DNA of 64,000 nt from Thermoanaerobaculia bacterium (GTDB taxonomy: Bacteria; Acidobacteriota; Thermoanaerobaculia; UBA5066), in contig CAVRAY010000001.1 in assembly GCA_963719225.1 (NCBI GenBank), positions 1,568,001 through 1,632,000 of the forward strand. The letters are read 5' to 3'. Positions 11,316 to 20,897 of this stretch are shown piece after piece. The notes under the pieces were generated by a model. That model was not told the origin of the DNA and did no database searches. It was given only the letters and a program-made list of their open reading frames with translations. Every line of letters starts with the position of its first letter. Position 1 is the first letter of the stretch. The translations under genes and the position numbers were made by a program.

Positions 11316-11343
11316 GGCCCCGCTTCCCGCGCGGGGCCTTTTT
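11316..11343 (+). terminator. Intrinsic terminator after the tRNA
   Basis: GGCCCCGC-ttcccgc-GCGGGGCC followed by TTTTT. Confidence 0.8.
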
Positions 11344-11380
11344 CATTCGGCATCTGTCAGGGCCTAAGATCCCGGGCGCC

Positions 11381-12031
11381 ATGACGCGCAAGGAAATCGC
11401 CGGCACGCGGGGCGGCGCCGCCCGACGCCGGACCCCGTCCGCGCACGTGGCGACGAAGCGCAAGGCCAAACGCGCGCGGATCCTCGAGAGCGCCGTGCGC
11501 AGCTTCGCGGCGAAGGGGTTCTACGGGACTTCGATGGACGACATCGCCGAGGAGCTTCTCCTGACGCGCGGCAGTCTCTATTACTACTTCCGCGACAAGG
11601 AGGAGATCCTCGCGCTGTGCCACGAAACGGCGAACCAGGCGATGCTCGACGTCACTGGGCGCGTGCGTGCTTCCGCCCTGCCGCCCGACCAGGCGCTTCG
11701 CCGGATCGTGGTCGAGCACGCGCGCGTCATGGTGGACAAGTTCCACGGCACCGCGCTCGCGCTCCAGTTCGACGCGCTCGACGCACGGCGGCGCGCCGCC
11801 GTCGTGAGCGTCCGGGACGCGTACGAAGCGAGCCTGCGCGACGTGATCGCCGAAGGTGTGGCGAAGAAGATCTTCCGTCCGGTCGACCCGAAGATCACCG
11901 CGTTCGCGATCCTCGGCGCCCTGAACTGGATGGCGCGCTGGTACCGCGCGGGAGGCGGAGCGTCGGCGGACGAGATCGGAGACGCGTTCGCGTCCCTCTT
12001 CCTCGAAGGGCTGGGCCCTACCGGTCGATGA
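11381..12031 (+). CDS. TetR-family regulator
   Basis: [23 protein letters not shown]...[14 protein letters not shown]; C-terminal LNWMARWYR (KstR2-like). Confidence 0.9.
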   Translation: MTRKEIAGTRGGAARRRTPSAHVATKRKAKRARILESAVRSFAAKGFYGTSMDDIAEELLLTRGSLYYYFRDKEEILALCHETANQAMLDVTGRVRASALPPDQALRRIVVEHARVMVDKFHGTALALQFDALDARRRAAVVSVRDAYEASLRDVIAEGVAKKIFRPVDPKITAFAILGALNWMARWYRAGGGASADEIGDAFASLFLEGLGPTGR

Positions 12032-12848
12032 TCTCGAGGATGCCGACCAGCGTCTCCGGGCGGTCCGGCGCGCCGGGGGTCCTGACGAGGACGGAGTAGG
12101 AGCCTGCGGGCGGCACGCCCGGCGGCAGGCGCACCGAGACGTCGCCCTCGTCGATCCCCTTCGAAGGGAACACCGCGGATTCCCAGGCGACGTCCTTCCC
12201 GGCCGAGAGGACGACCGAGAACGACGTGCTCTCCCGGCCCACGAGCGCGCGTGGAAAGCTCAGGAGGATCGCGCCGCCGGCCGCCCGCTTGAGGCTCGCG
12301 ATCGCCGGACCGACTCCGTGCTCGGTGCCGAGCACGACCGATTGTGCGATGGGAGCCGCGCCCGCCTGCGCGGCCGGACCGGCCGCCGGACCCGGGCTCG
12401 CGGCGAGCTCCAGCCGCGCACGCGAAAGGTCGCTCTTGAGGCGTAGCGCCGAGAGAACCGCCGCGACGAGCAGGAGGGCGAGGAGAGAGAACGCCACGGC
12501 GACACCCGTGCGGCCCGGGAAGAGCCGCGCGTCGGCGGCGGAGGACGTTCCGGGACGCGAAGGAAAAAGGGAGGGCGAGCCCACTTTCAGGCGGAGCCGG
12601 CTCGTGGTCTCGACCCGCTCGCGGTAGTACGGCGTTCCGAGAAGCGACTGTTCGAAGAGGCGCCTCTCGCCGTCGCTCAGGTGTCCGAGGACGTAGTCGG
12701 ACACGAGCGCATCCTCCTCGGCCTCGATTCGGTCCAGCAGCGTGTCGTCGCGAAAATAGGCCTCTTCGAAGCGTCCGCGTGCCGTGTCCGTCATGCGGCG
12801 AAGGAGGTAGTCACGGATCTCCGAGGACCCGGGCGACGAAGCGCTCAC
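12018..12848 (-). CDS. Putative membrane-anchored anti-sigma factor
   Basis: Coupled to the ECF sigma gene; helical N-terminal domain, single TM helix, beta-rich C-terminus. Confidence 0.55.
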   Translation of the reverse strand: MSASSPGSSEIRDYLLRRMTDTARGRFEEAYFRDDTLLDRIEAEEDALVSDYVLGHLSDGERRLFEQSLLGTPYYRERVETTSRLRLKVGSPSLFPSRPGTSSAADARLFPGRTGVAVAFSLLALLLVAAVLSALRLKSDLSRARLELAASPGPAAGPAAQAGAAPIAQSVVLGTEHGVGPAIASLKRAAGGAILLSFPRALVGRESTSFSVVLSAGKDVAWESAVFPSKGIDEGDVSVRLPPGVPPAGSYSVLVRTPGAPDRPETLVGILEIIDR

Positions 12849-13408
12849 GAAGGGAGATCCGGATCCGGCGGGAGAGCTCCGCTCCCCCGCGCCGCCCTTT
12901 CGCTGTCCATGCGCTTCTTCAGCTCGCGCTTCGCCCGATAGACCCGCATGTCGATGGCGTCGGTGGAGATCCCCTCCTCGCGCGCGATCGTGCGCGACGG
13001 CACCTCTTCCACGAACCGCTTGACGAGGAGGCTCTTCATGCGCTCGGGCAGGAGTTCCAGCGCCTTGCGAAAGATGATCGCCTGGCTCGACGCGAGCGCA
13101 TCCGTCAGGGGATCCTCGACGCCGGCCAGGTCCACGGCGCCGGAGAGGCCGTCGTGGGCGTGAGCTTTCGCGACGCGGCGGCAGTACTCGAAGAAGACGT
13201 TCTTCGCGACGCCCAGCGAGAACGCTTCCGGCGAGTCCAGGAGCTCGCCGCGCGAGAGCCGTTGCAGGACGCGCAGCAGCGTCTCCTGCGCGAGGTCCCG
13301 TGCGTCGTCCTCCGTGCGCACGCCGCGCGAAAGGAAGAAGCGCCGCAGCTTCTCCGGCAGACGGCCGATCTCGGCCTCGAACGGATCGAAGACGCGCGAA
13401 GGGCTCAC
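12845..13408 (-). CDS. ECF sigma-70 factor
   Basis: ARDLAQETLLRV region 2; LELLPER...RTIAREEGIS..AIDMRVYRAKREL region 4. Confidence 0.85.
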   Translation of the reverse strand: MSPSRVFDPFEAEIGRLPEKLRRFFLSRGVRTEDDARDLAQETLLRVLQRLSRGELLDSPEAFSLGVAKNVFFEYCRRVAKAHAHDGLSGAVDLAGVEDPLTDALASSQAIIFRKALELLPERMKSLLVKRFVEEVPSRTIAREEGISTDAIDMRVYRAKRELKKRMDSERAARGSGALPPDPDLPS

Positions 13409-13500
13409 GTGGACACCCGTCCGCGAAGTTCGCAGCTCATCGGAGGAATTCTAGCCCTCGAAACGCCGGCGACTCGCGCTTTCGCCTCGAAAGAAAAAGC

Positions 13501-13553
13501 TTGACGCGCGGCGATAATGAATGAATATTCGCACCTGTGAATAGTCATGCGAC
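13501..13553 (+). promoter_or_regulatory. arg operon promoter with tandem ARG boxes
   Basis: TTGACG at 13501; AATGAATGAATATTCGCA (13516-13533) and TGTGAATAGTCATGCGAC (13536-13553), 2 bp apart, resembling the TGAAT-N4-ATTCA consensus. Confidence 0.75.
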
Positions 13554-14037
13554 AACCCTGAAGAGGCGCGACGAGATCCTGAAGGTCATTCGGGACGGCG
13601 CCGTGCACTCGCAGGAGGAGCTCCAGCACCGCCTCCAGCGGCGCGGGATCGACGTGGCGCAGCCAACCCTCTCGAGGGACCTCAAGGACCTCGGGCTCGC
13701 GAAGTCGGCCGCCGGCTACGTCGTGCCCGGGGCGGAGGCGTCGGCCTCCGACGGCGAGGTGAGGGCCCGCCGCGAAGAGCGCCTCGAGCGCGCGCTCCGC
13801 GAGTGGGTCCTCGATGTCGCCGCGGCGGGGAACCTCGTCGTCCTCAAGACACCTCCGGCCGCCGCCCATCCGGTCGCGCGCGCTCTCGACGAGGCTTCCC
13901 TCGAAGGCGCGGTGGGCTCGATCGCCGGCGACGACACGATCTTCCTCGCGGCGGCCTCGGACGCCGTCGCGCAGCGGCTCGCCCGGCGACTCGCCTCCGG
14001 CCTCCTGCCGGGCCGCCCCCGGCGGGCACGCGGGTGA
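13537..14037 (+). CDS. argR: Arginine repressor
   Basis: SQEEL, QPTLSRDLKDLG, VLKTPP, GSIAGDDTIF. Confidence 0.95.
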   Translation: MNSHATTLKRRDEILKVIRDGAVHSQEELQHRLQRRGIDVAQPTLSRDLKDLGLAKSAAGYVVPGAEASASDGEVRARREERLERALREWVLDVAAAGNLVVLKTPPAAAHPVARALDEASLEGAVGSIAGDDTIFLAAASDAVAQRLARRLASGLLPGRPRRARG

Positions 14038-15059
14038 CGCGCGCCGCGGTCGTGGGGGCCACGGGCTACTCGGGGGCGGAGCTGTGCGCGATCCTCGCCC
14101 GCCATCCCCACGCCGAGATCGTCTCCGTGTTCTCCTCGGGCAGGAAGGACTCCCGCCCGATCCCTTTCGGGCGCCTTCATCCGCTGCTCGGGGGAAAGGC
14201 GGGGCCGGATGCCGAGCCGTTCTCCGAGAAGAGCCTCGAAGCGTCGCGGCCGGACGTGGTTTTCCTCGCGACGCCGAACGAGACGTCCGCCGAGCTCGCC
14301 CCGGGGATTCTCGAGCGCGGCGCGAAGGTCGTCGACATTTCGGGAGCGTTCCGCCTGCGCGACGCTTCCGCCTATCCGAAATGGTACGGGTTCGAGCATC
14401 CCGCCCCCGGGCTTCTCGAGGAGGCGGTCTACGGCCTCACGGAGTGGTGCGGCGAGGAGCTCTCCGGCGCGCGCCTCGTCGCGAATCCCGGCTGCTATCC
14501 CACGTCCGTCCTCCTCGCCCTCAAGCCCGTGCTGGAGCTCCTCGCGAAAGGACAGCCCCTCGTCTGCGACAGCGTGAGCGGCGTCTCGGGTGCGGGGAAG
14601 AAGAGCGAAGTCGCCTACTCGTTCTCGGAGCTCGACGGCAACTTCAAGGCGTACGGGGTCGGCGTGCACCGGCACGAACCGGAGATGAGACAGAGCCTGG
14701 GGTTTCCGCCGGACGCGCCCTTCGTCTTCGTGCCTCACCTCCTGCCGGTCGTGCGCGGCCTCCTCTCGACGCTTCACGTCTCCTTCGCGGAGCCTCAGAC
14801 CCCCGCGACCCTCGCCGCCGCCTATGCGAAGGCATACGCGACGACTCCGTTCGTGCGCGTCCGGACGGCGGGCGAGCTGCCCGAGCTGCGCGACGTCGTG
14901 GGGACGCCGCGCGCGGAGATCGGCTTCGCCGTGCTGCCGGGAGGCCGTCGCGGCGTTCTCGTCTCTGCTCTCGATAATCTCCTCAAAGGTGCTGCTTCCT
15001 CGGCGGTCCAGAACATGAACCGGATCTGCGGGCATCCCGAGACGGAGGGCCTCCAGTGA
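14034..15059 (+). CDS. argC: N-acetyl-gamma-glutamyl-phosphate reductase
   Basis: GATGYSG, ANPGCYPT, SGVSGAG, HRHEPE, DNLLKGAA; GTG overlaps the argR stop. Confidence 0.95.
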   Translation: MTRAAVVGATGYSGAELCAILARHPHAEIVSVFSSGRKDSRPIPFGRLHPLLGGKAGPDAEPFSEKSLEASRPDVVFLATPNETSAELAPGILERGAKVVDISGAFRLRDASAYPKWYGFEHPAPGLLEEAVYGLTEWCGEELSGARLVANPGCYPTSVLLALKPVLELLAKGQPLVCDSVSGVSGAGKKSEVAYSFSELDGNFKAYGVGVHRHEPEMRQSLGFPPDAPFVFVPHLLPVVRGLLSTLHVSFAEPQTPATLAAAYAKAYATTPFVRVRTAGELPELRDVVGTPRAEIGFAVLPGGRRGVLVSALDNLLKGAASSAVQNMNRICGHPETEGLQ

Positions 15060-15859
15060 GCGCCACGCACGTCGGGCGTCCGACCGTCGTCAAGCTCGGA
15101 GGGAGCCTTCTGGAGGATCCCGCGCTGCGCGCGCGCGCGCTCGCCGCCATCGCGGCCCGCTGGACCTCGGGCTCGCGCATCGTGGTCGTGCACGGCGGCG
15201 GCAAGCGGATCGACGCGTCGCTTCAGGCGCTCAAGATCCCGAAGAAGACCTATCGCGGCCTGCGCATCACGGATCCCGAGACGCTCGACGTCGTCGTCTC
15301 GATCCTCTCGGGCCTCGTGAACAAGTCGCTCGTGGCCGAGTTCCGGTCGCTCGGGATCACGGCGGCGGGGCTCTCGGGCGCCGACGGCGACACGCTGTGG
15401 GCCGAGTTCCATCCCCGCCTCGACGGCGTGGACTTCGGCTTCGTCGGCCGCGTCACGTTCTCGAACCCGAAGCTGATCACCGCGATTCTCGGCGCCGACC
15501 TGCTGCCCATCGTGGCCTCCGTCGCCCTGGGGCGCGAGGGCACGCTCCTCAACGTGAACGCCGACTCGGCCGCGTCCGCGCTCGCGGCCGGCCTGGGGGC
15601 CGAGAAGCTCGTCTTCCTCACGGACGTCGAAGGCCTGCTCGACGCCGAGGGCAAGCTCGTGCCGCAGCTCGACCCCGACTCGGCCTGGGCGCTCCTCTCC
15701 TCCGGCGCCGTGGCCGGAGGAATGCGCCCGAAGCTCGTCGCCTGCCTCGAAGCCGTGAAGGCGGGCGTCTCGCAGGTCGTCATCGCAGGACCGAACGGCC
15801 ACGCCTCGGCGCTGACCGACGGCATCGGAGGAACCCGCCTTGCAGCAGTCGCAGCCTGA
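15056..15859 (+). CDS. argB: Acetylglutamate kinase
   Basis: VVKLGG, VHGGG, GLRITD, NVNAD, GGMRPKL. Confidence 0.95.
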   Translation: MSATHVGRPTVVKLGGSLLEDPALRARALAAIAARWTSGSRIVVVHGGGKRIDASLQALKIPKKTYRGLRITDPETLDVVVSILSGLVNKSLVAEFRSLGITAAGLSGADGDTLWAEFHPRLDGVDFGFVGRVTFSNPKLITAILGADLLPIVASVALGREGTLLNVNADSAASALAAGLGAEKLVFLTDVEGLLDAEGKLVPQLDPDSAWALLSSGAVAGGMRPKLVACLEAVKAGVSQVVIAGPNGHASALTDGIGGTRLAAVAA

Positions 15860-17054
15860 ATCCCCGTCGCTCGTCGAGAAGCGGGACGCCGAGAACATCC
15901 TCGGCACCTACAAACGCACGTCCTTCCACCCGCGCGCGGGAAAGGGCGCGAAGCTCGTGGATGCGGACGGAAAGGTCTACTGGGACCTCCTCGCCGGCAT
16001 CGCCGTGAACGCGCTCGGCCACCGGCATCCGCGCCTCGTGAAGGCGCTTCGCGAGGAGGCGAACCGCCTTCTCCACGTCTCGAATCTCTTCTACCACCCG
16101 GCGCAGGGCCTCCTCGCCGAGCGCCTCACGCAGCTTTCGGGGATGCCACGCGTCTTCTTCTGCAACAGCGGTACCGAAGCGGTCGAGGCCGCGGTGAAGT
16201 TCACGCGCCTCGCCGCGCCCGGGCGAAGCCGGATGCTCGCCGTCGAGGGCGGCTTCCACGGGCGCACGATGGGAGCGCTCGCGCTCACGGGCAACGAGGC
16301 GTACCGGAAGCCCTTCGAGCCGCTCGTCGGCGAGACGGTCTTCCTTCCCGCGAACGACGTCGCCGCGCTCCAGAACGCGGCCACGCCGGACACGGCCGCC
16401 ATCTTCCTGGAGCCGATCCTGGGCGAAGGGGGCATCGTCCCGCTGACGACGGAGTACGCTCAGGCGGCACGCGCCGCGGCGGACCGCGTGGGCGCGGCGC
16501 TCGTCTTCGACGAGATCCAGTCGGGCCTCGGGCGCACGGGCCACCTCTTCGTCTTCCAGGAGATGGGCGTCAAGCCCGATCTCGTGACGCTCGCGAAGCC
16601 GCTCGGAGGCGGCCTTCCGCTCGGAGCCGTTCTCGTGGGCGAGCGGATCGCCCCTCTCGTCAAGCCTTCCCACCACGGGACCACGTTCGGGGGAAACCCG
16701 ATCGCGTGCCGCCTCGGCCTCGAGACACTCTCCGAGATCGTGGACGGCGGCCTCCTCGAGGGGATCAGGGTGACGGGGGAGTGGTTCGGGAAGAAGCTCC
16801 GGAACGCGAAGAAGCGCAGCAAGGGCGCCATCGTGGACGTCCGCGGCCGCGGCCTCATGTGGGGCGTGGAGCTGGACCGCGACGCGGCCGAAGTTCAGAA
16901 GGCCCTTCTCCAGAGGGGCTTCGTCGTCGGGACGTCGCGGACGAAAGTGCTGCGCCTCCTGCCTCCGTACGTCGTTCCCCGCCCGGCCCTGTCCGGATTC
17001 ATCAAGGCGCTCGAGGAGATCCTCCGCGAGCCGCCGAAGGAGAAGGTCCCGTGA
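15840..17054 (+). CDS. argD: Acetylornithine aminotransferase
   Basis: GIAVNALGH, NSGTEA, FHGRT, DEIQSGLGRTG, AKPLGGG, HGTTFGGNP. Confidence 0.92.
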   Translation: MQQSQPESPSLVEKRDAENILGTYKRTSFHPRAGKGAKLVDADGKVYWDLLAGIAVNALGHRHPRLVKALREEANRLLHVSNLFYHPAQGLLAERLTQLSGMPRVFFCNSGTEAVEAAVKFTRLAAPGRSRMLAVEGGFHGRTMGALALTGNEAYRKPFEPLVGETVFLPANDVAALQNAATPDTAAIFLEPILGEGGIVPLTTEYAQAARAAADRVGAALVFDEIQSGLGRTGHLFVFQEMGVKPDLVTLAKPLGGGLPLGAVLVGERIAPLVKPSHHGTTFGGNPIACRLGLETLSEIVDGGLLEGIRVTGEWFGKKLRNAKKRSKGAIVDVRGRGLMWGVELDRDAAEVQKALLQRGFVVGTSRTKVLRLLPPYVVPRPALSGFIKALEEILREPPKEKVP

Positions 17055-18286
17055 AGCCCAAGGTCAAGAAAGTCGCGCTCGCCTATTCCGGCGGGCTCGA
17101 CACGTCCGTCATCATTCCCTGGCTCAAGGAGAACTACGGCTGCGAGGTCGTGGCCGTCGCCGTCGACGTGGGCCAGGCCGAGGAGACCTCCGGCCTCGCG
17201 GAGAAGGCGAAGAAGACCGGCGCCGCCGAGTTCTTCCTCGTCGATGCGAAGGACGAGTTCGCGAAGGACTACCTGTTCCCGGTTCTCAAGGCGGGCGCCG
17301 CGTACGAGCACGACTATCTGCTCGGCACGGCGACGGCGCGCCCGCTCATCGCGAAGAAGCAGGTCGAGATCGCGCTCGCGACGGGCTGCGACGCCCTCTC
17401 GCACGGCTGCACCGGGAAAGGCAACGATCAGGTCCGGTTCGAGCTCGCGTACATGGCGCTCGCGCCCGAGCTCGCGATCATCGCGCCGTGGCGCGAGTGG
17501 GAGATCACGTCGCGCGAGGATGCGATCGACTATGCCGCGGCCCGGGGCATTCCGGTCTCGGCCACGAAGAAAGACTCCTATTCGCGGGACCGCAACCTCT
17601 GGCATCTCTCGCACGAGGGGGGCCCTCTCGAGGAGCCCGGCTTCGAGCCCGAGCCCTCGATGTTCAAGCTCACGGTCGATCCCGAGATCGCGCCGAACGT
17701 ACCCGAGCGCGTCACGATCTCCTTCGAGGCCGGCCTGCCCGTGGCGGTGAACGGCCAGAGGCTCGCGCCCGTCCCGCTCATCCAGAAGCTCAACGAGATG
17801 GGCGGCCGGCACGGCGTCGGGCGCGTGGACATCGTCGAGAACCGGCTGATCGGCATCAAGTCGCGCGGCGTCTACGAGACGCCGGGCGGCACGCTGCTGG
17901 TCCAGGCCCTCCGGGCGCTCGAAACCCTCACGCTCGACCGCGACAGCGTGCACGAGAAGGAGAAGCTCGCGGCCCGCTACGCCGAGCTCGTGTACTTCGG
18001 GCAATGGTTCTCGCCCCTGAGGGAAGCGCTCGACGCATTCATGAACGCCCTCATGCCGACCGTGACGGGCGACGTCACGCTCAAGCTCTACAAGGGCTCC
18101 TCGTCGGTCGTGGGCCGCACGTCGCCGCACGCGCTCTATTCGGCGCACCTCGCCTCGTTCGACATGCGCGGCTTCACGCCGGCCGACGCCGCCGGCTTCA
18201 TCCGCCTGTTCGGCTTGCCCACGAAGGGGCGACTCCGCCTGAAGGCCGGAACGACGTATCAGGCCGTCGTCTCCGGGGAAGGGTGA
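17051..18286 (+). CDS. argG: Argininosuccinate synthase
   Basis: LAYSGGLDTS, HGCTGKGNDQVRFE, KSRGVYETPGGT; GTG at 17051. Confidence 0.96.
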   Translation: MKPKVKKVALAYSGGLDTSVIIPWLKENYGCEVVAVAVDVGQAEETSGLAEKAKKTGAAEFFLVDAKDEFAKDYLFPVLKAGAAYEHDYLLGTATARPLIAKKQVEIALATGCDALSHGCTGKGNDQVRFELAYMALAPELAIIAPWREWEITSREDAIDYAAARGIPVSATKKDSYSRDRNLWHLSHEGGPLEEPGFEPEPSMFKLTVDPEIAPNVPERVTISFEAGLPVAVNGQRLAPVPLIQKLNEMGGRHGVGRVDIVENRLIGIKSRGVYETPGGTLLVQALRALETLTLDRDSVHEKEKLAARYAELVYFGQWFSPLREALDAFMNALMPTVTGDVTLKLYKGSSSVVGRTSPHALYSAHLASFDMRGFTPADAAGFIRLFGLPTKGRLRLKAGTTYQAVVSGEG

Positions 18287-18290
18287 GGCG

Positions 18291-19664
18291 TTGACGCGGC
18301 GCCAGCTCTGGGGGGGTCGGTTCTCCGAGCCTCCCGCCATGGTCCTCCGGGCCTTCAACGATTCGTTCGGCTTCGATCAGGCGCTCCTCGCGGAGGACGT
18401 CCGCGGCTCGATCGCCTGGGCGGAGGCGCTTGGAAGGGCGGGCGTCCTCTCGCCGGTCGACGTCAAGAAGCTCGTCGCCGGACTCGAGGAGATCGGCGCC
18501 GAGGTGTCTCGGACGGGCGTGCCTTCGGACGCGGACGACGAGGACGTGCATTCCTTCGTGGAGGCGCGCCTCGCGGCGAAGGTCGGCCCGCTCGCGGGAA
18601 AGCTCCACACGGGCCGCTCGCGGAACGACCAGGTCGCGACCGACTTCCGCCTCTACCTGAAGGAGGCCCTCGTCGAGGGAGCGGCGTCCGCGCGCGCCTT
18701 CGCGCTCGCGCTCGCGCGCCGCGCGGAAGCGGAGGCCTCCTCTCCGATGCCGGGCTACACGCACCTGAAGCGCGCCGAGCCCGTCACGTTCGGGCACTGG
18801 TGCCTCGCCTACGTCGAGATGCTGCGGCGCGACGCGAGCCGGTTCGACGCCGCCGCCTCCCGCGCCGACGAATGCCCGCTCGGCTCGGGCGCCCTGTCGG
18901 GCACGCCGCTGCCGATCGACCGCGAGGCTCTCGCGCGGAATCTCGGGTTCCTCAGGCCCACCGCGAACTCGCTCGACGCCGTCTCCGACCGCGATGCCGC
19001 CGCCGAATACCTCTTCGCTTCGGCGCTCCTCCTGGTCCATCTCTCGCGCCTCGGGGAGGACCTCATCGCGTTCACTTCCGACGAGTTCGGCTTCGCGTCG
19101 CTGCCCGACGCCCTCGCCACGGGCTCGTCGCGGATGCCGCAGAAGAAGAACCCCGACGTCCTCGAGCTTGCGCGGGGGCACGCCGGGCGCGCGATCGGCG
19201 ACCTGACCGGCCTGCTCGCGGTGCTCAAGGGGCTGCCGCTCGCGTACGACAAGGACCTCCAGCTCGACAAGGAGCCGGTCTTCCGCGTGCGCGGCGTCCT
19301 CGCGGCCGCCCTGCCGGCGTTGACGGGCGTCGTCGAGGGGCTTCGGCTCGACCGCGAGAGGATGGCCGAGGCGGCTTCGGACGACCGGCTCCTCGCCACG
19401 GAGCTCGCCGACGCGCTCGCGAAGCGGGGGATGCCGTTCCGCGAGGCGCACGAGCTCGTCGGCCGCCGCATCGCGGAGGCCGAGTCGCTCGGCACGACGC
19501 TCGCGGCCCTCGGCCCCTCGAAGGAGATCACGGCCCAGGACCTTCAGGCGCTCGACGTGCGGCGGGCGCTCGCGAAGCGGGACGTCACGGGGGGCACCGC
19601 GCCGAAGCAGGTGGCGCGCGCGGCGAAGGCCGCGGTCCGGCGTCTCGCGGGAGGCGCGGGATGA
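18291..19664 (+). CDS. argH: Argininosuccinate lyase
   Basis: LWGGRF, HTGRSRNDQV, MPGYTHL, GSSRMPQKKNPD. Confidence 0.95.
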   Translation: MTRRQLWGGRFSEPPAMVLRAFNDSFGFDQALLAEDVRGSIAWAEALGRAGVLSPVDVKKLVAGLEEIGAEVSRTGVPSDADDEDVHSFVEARLAAKVGPLAGKLHTGRSRNDQVATDFRLYLKEALVEGAASARAFALALARRAEAEASSPMPGYTHLKRAEPVTFGHWCLAYVEMLRRDASRFDAAASRADECPLGSGALSGTPLPIDREALARNLGFLRPTANSLDAVSDRDAAAEYLFASALLLVHLSRLGEDLIAFTSDEFGFASLPDALATGSSRMPQKKNPDVLELARGHAGRAIGDLTGLLAVLKGLPLAYDKDLQLDKEPVFRVRGVLAAALPALTGVVEGLRLDRERMAEAASDDRLLATELADALAKRGMPFREAHELVGRRIAEAESLGTTLAALGPSKEITAQDLQALDVRRALAKRDVTGGTAPKQVARAAKAAVRRLAGGAG

Positions 19665-20842
19665 GGCTTCCGAAGGGCTTCCTGGCCTCGGGCGTGCGCG
19701 CGGGCATCCGGAAAAAGCGCCCCGACGTCGCGCTCATCGTGGCCGAGAAGGGCGCGAACGCCGCGGCCCTGTTCACGAAGAACCGCTTCCAGGCCGCGCC
19801 CGTGATCCTCGGGAAGAGCGACCTTCGGCGCAGCGGCGGCCGCGTGCGCGCCGTCGTCGTGAACGCGGGCTGCGCGAACGCCGTGACCGGAAAGCCCGGT
19901 CTCGACGCCGCGCGACGCGTGCGCAACGGCGCCGCCGCCCTCCTCGGGTTCCCGAAGGAGGAGGTCCTCGTCTCGTCCACGGGCGTGATCGGGGTCGTCC
20001 TCCCGGACGCGAAGATCCGCGCCGCGCTTCCCGACGCGAAGGACCGCTTGTCACCCTCGGGGCTCGACGCCGCTTCCCACGCGATCCTCACGACGGACGT
20101 GGGGCCCAAGGTCGCCCAGGCCTCGTTCCGCTGGATGGGCCGCCGCGGCCGGGTGGTGGGGTTCGCCAAGGGCGCCGGCATGATCCATCCGAACATGGCG
20201 ACGATGCTCGCGTTCGTCATGACCGACATTCCCGCGACGCCCGCGTTTCTCAAGACGGCACTTCGCCGGGCAGCCGACGAAAGCTTCCACCTCATCTCCG
20301 TGGACGGCGACACCTCCACGAACGACACCGTTCTCCTCATGGCCTCGGGCGCGCTCCCGGGGCCGGAGCTCTCCGCGAGCGGGGACGGCCCGGAGTTCCA
20401 GGAGGCGCTGACCGAGGTCTGCCGCACGCTCGCCTGGATGATGGTCCGCGACGGGGAAGGTGCGACGCGCGTTCTCGATCTCACCGTGACCGGGGCGCGC
20501 ACGGAAGCCGAGGCGAAGGCGGCGGCGCACGCCGTCGCCACGTCTCCTCTCGTGAAAACCGCGCTCCACGGCGGCGACCCGAACTGGGGACGCATCCTCG
20601 CGGCCGTGGGCCGGAGCGGGGCCGGCTTCTCGGAAAAGCGCGTCTCGCTCAAGCTCGGAACCCTCGTTCTCGTGAAGGACGGCGTTCCGGCGCTTTACCG
20701 GGAGAAGGACGCGGTGCGCATCTTCCGCAGGGAGCGCGTGAGGGTCGTCGTGGACCTCGGAGTCGGAAAGGCGACGGCGTCGAAGCTCGCCGCCGATCTG
20801 GGGCACGACTACGTGTCGCTGAACGCGGACTACAGGAGTTAG
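19661..20842 (+). CDS. argJ: Ornithine acetyltransferase
   Basis: NAGCANA, SSTGVIG, KGAGMIHPNMATML, DGDTSTND, DPNWGRI, NADYRS. Confidence 0.95.
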   Translation: MRLPKGFLASGVRAGIRKKRPDVALIVAEKGANAAALFTKNRFQAAPVILGKSDLRRSGGRVRAVVVNAGCANAVTGKPGLDAARRVRNGAAALLGFPKEEVLVSSTGVIGVVLPDAKIRAALPDAKDRLSPSGLDAASHAILTTDVGPKVAQASFRWMGRRGRVVGFAKGAGMIHPNMATMLAFVMTDIPATPAFLKTALRRAADESFHLISVDGDTSTNDTVLLMASGALPGPELSASGDGPEFQEALTEVCRTLAWMMVRDGEGATRVLDLTVTGARTEAEAKAAAHAVATSPLVKTALHGGDPNWGRILAAVGRSGAGFSEKRVSLKLGTLVLVKDGVPALYREKDAVRIFRRERVRVVVDLGVGKATASKLAADLGHDYVSLNADYRS

Positions 20843-20844
20843 GG

Positions 20845-20874
20845 AGAAAGAAAAGCCCGCGGTTTCCCGCGGGC
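20845..20874 (-). terminator. Intrinsic terminator of the lipoprotein gene (possibly bidirectional)
   Basis: GCCCGCGG-tttc-CCGCGGGC with an adjacent A-rich tract (U tract on the minus strand). Confidence 0.65.
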
Positions 20875-20897
20875 CTCGAGACTCCGGGATTCGAGGG

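Noticed and set aside
13537-20842. Missing argF in the arg operon; similarly gatB, lpxB and E3 absent from their clusters
   Set aside because: These genes are commonly encoded elsewhere; absence cannot be judged from one window.
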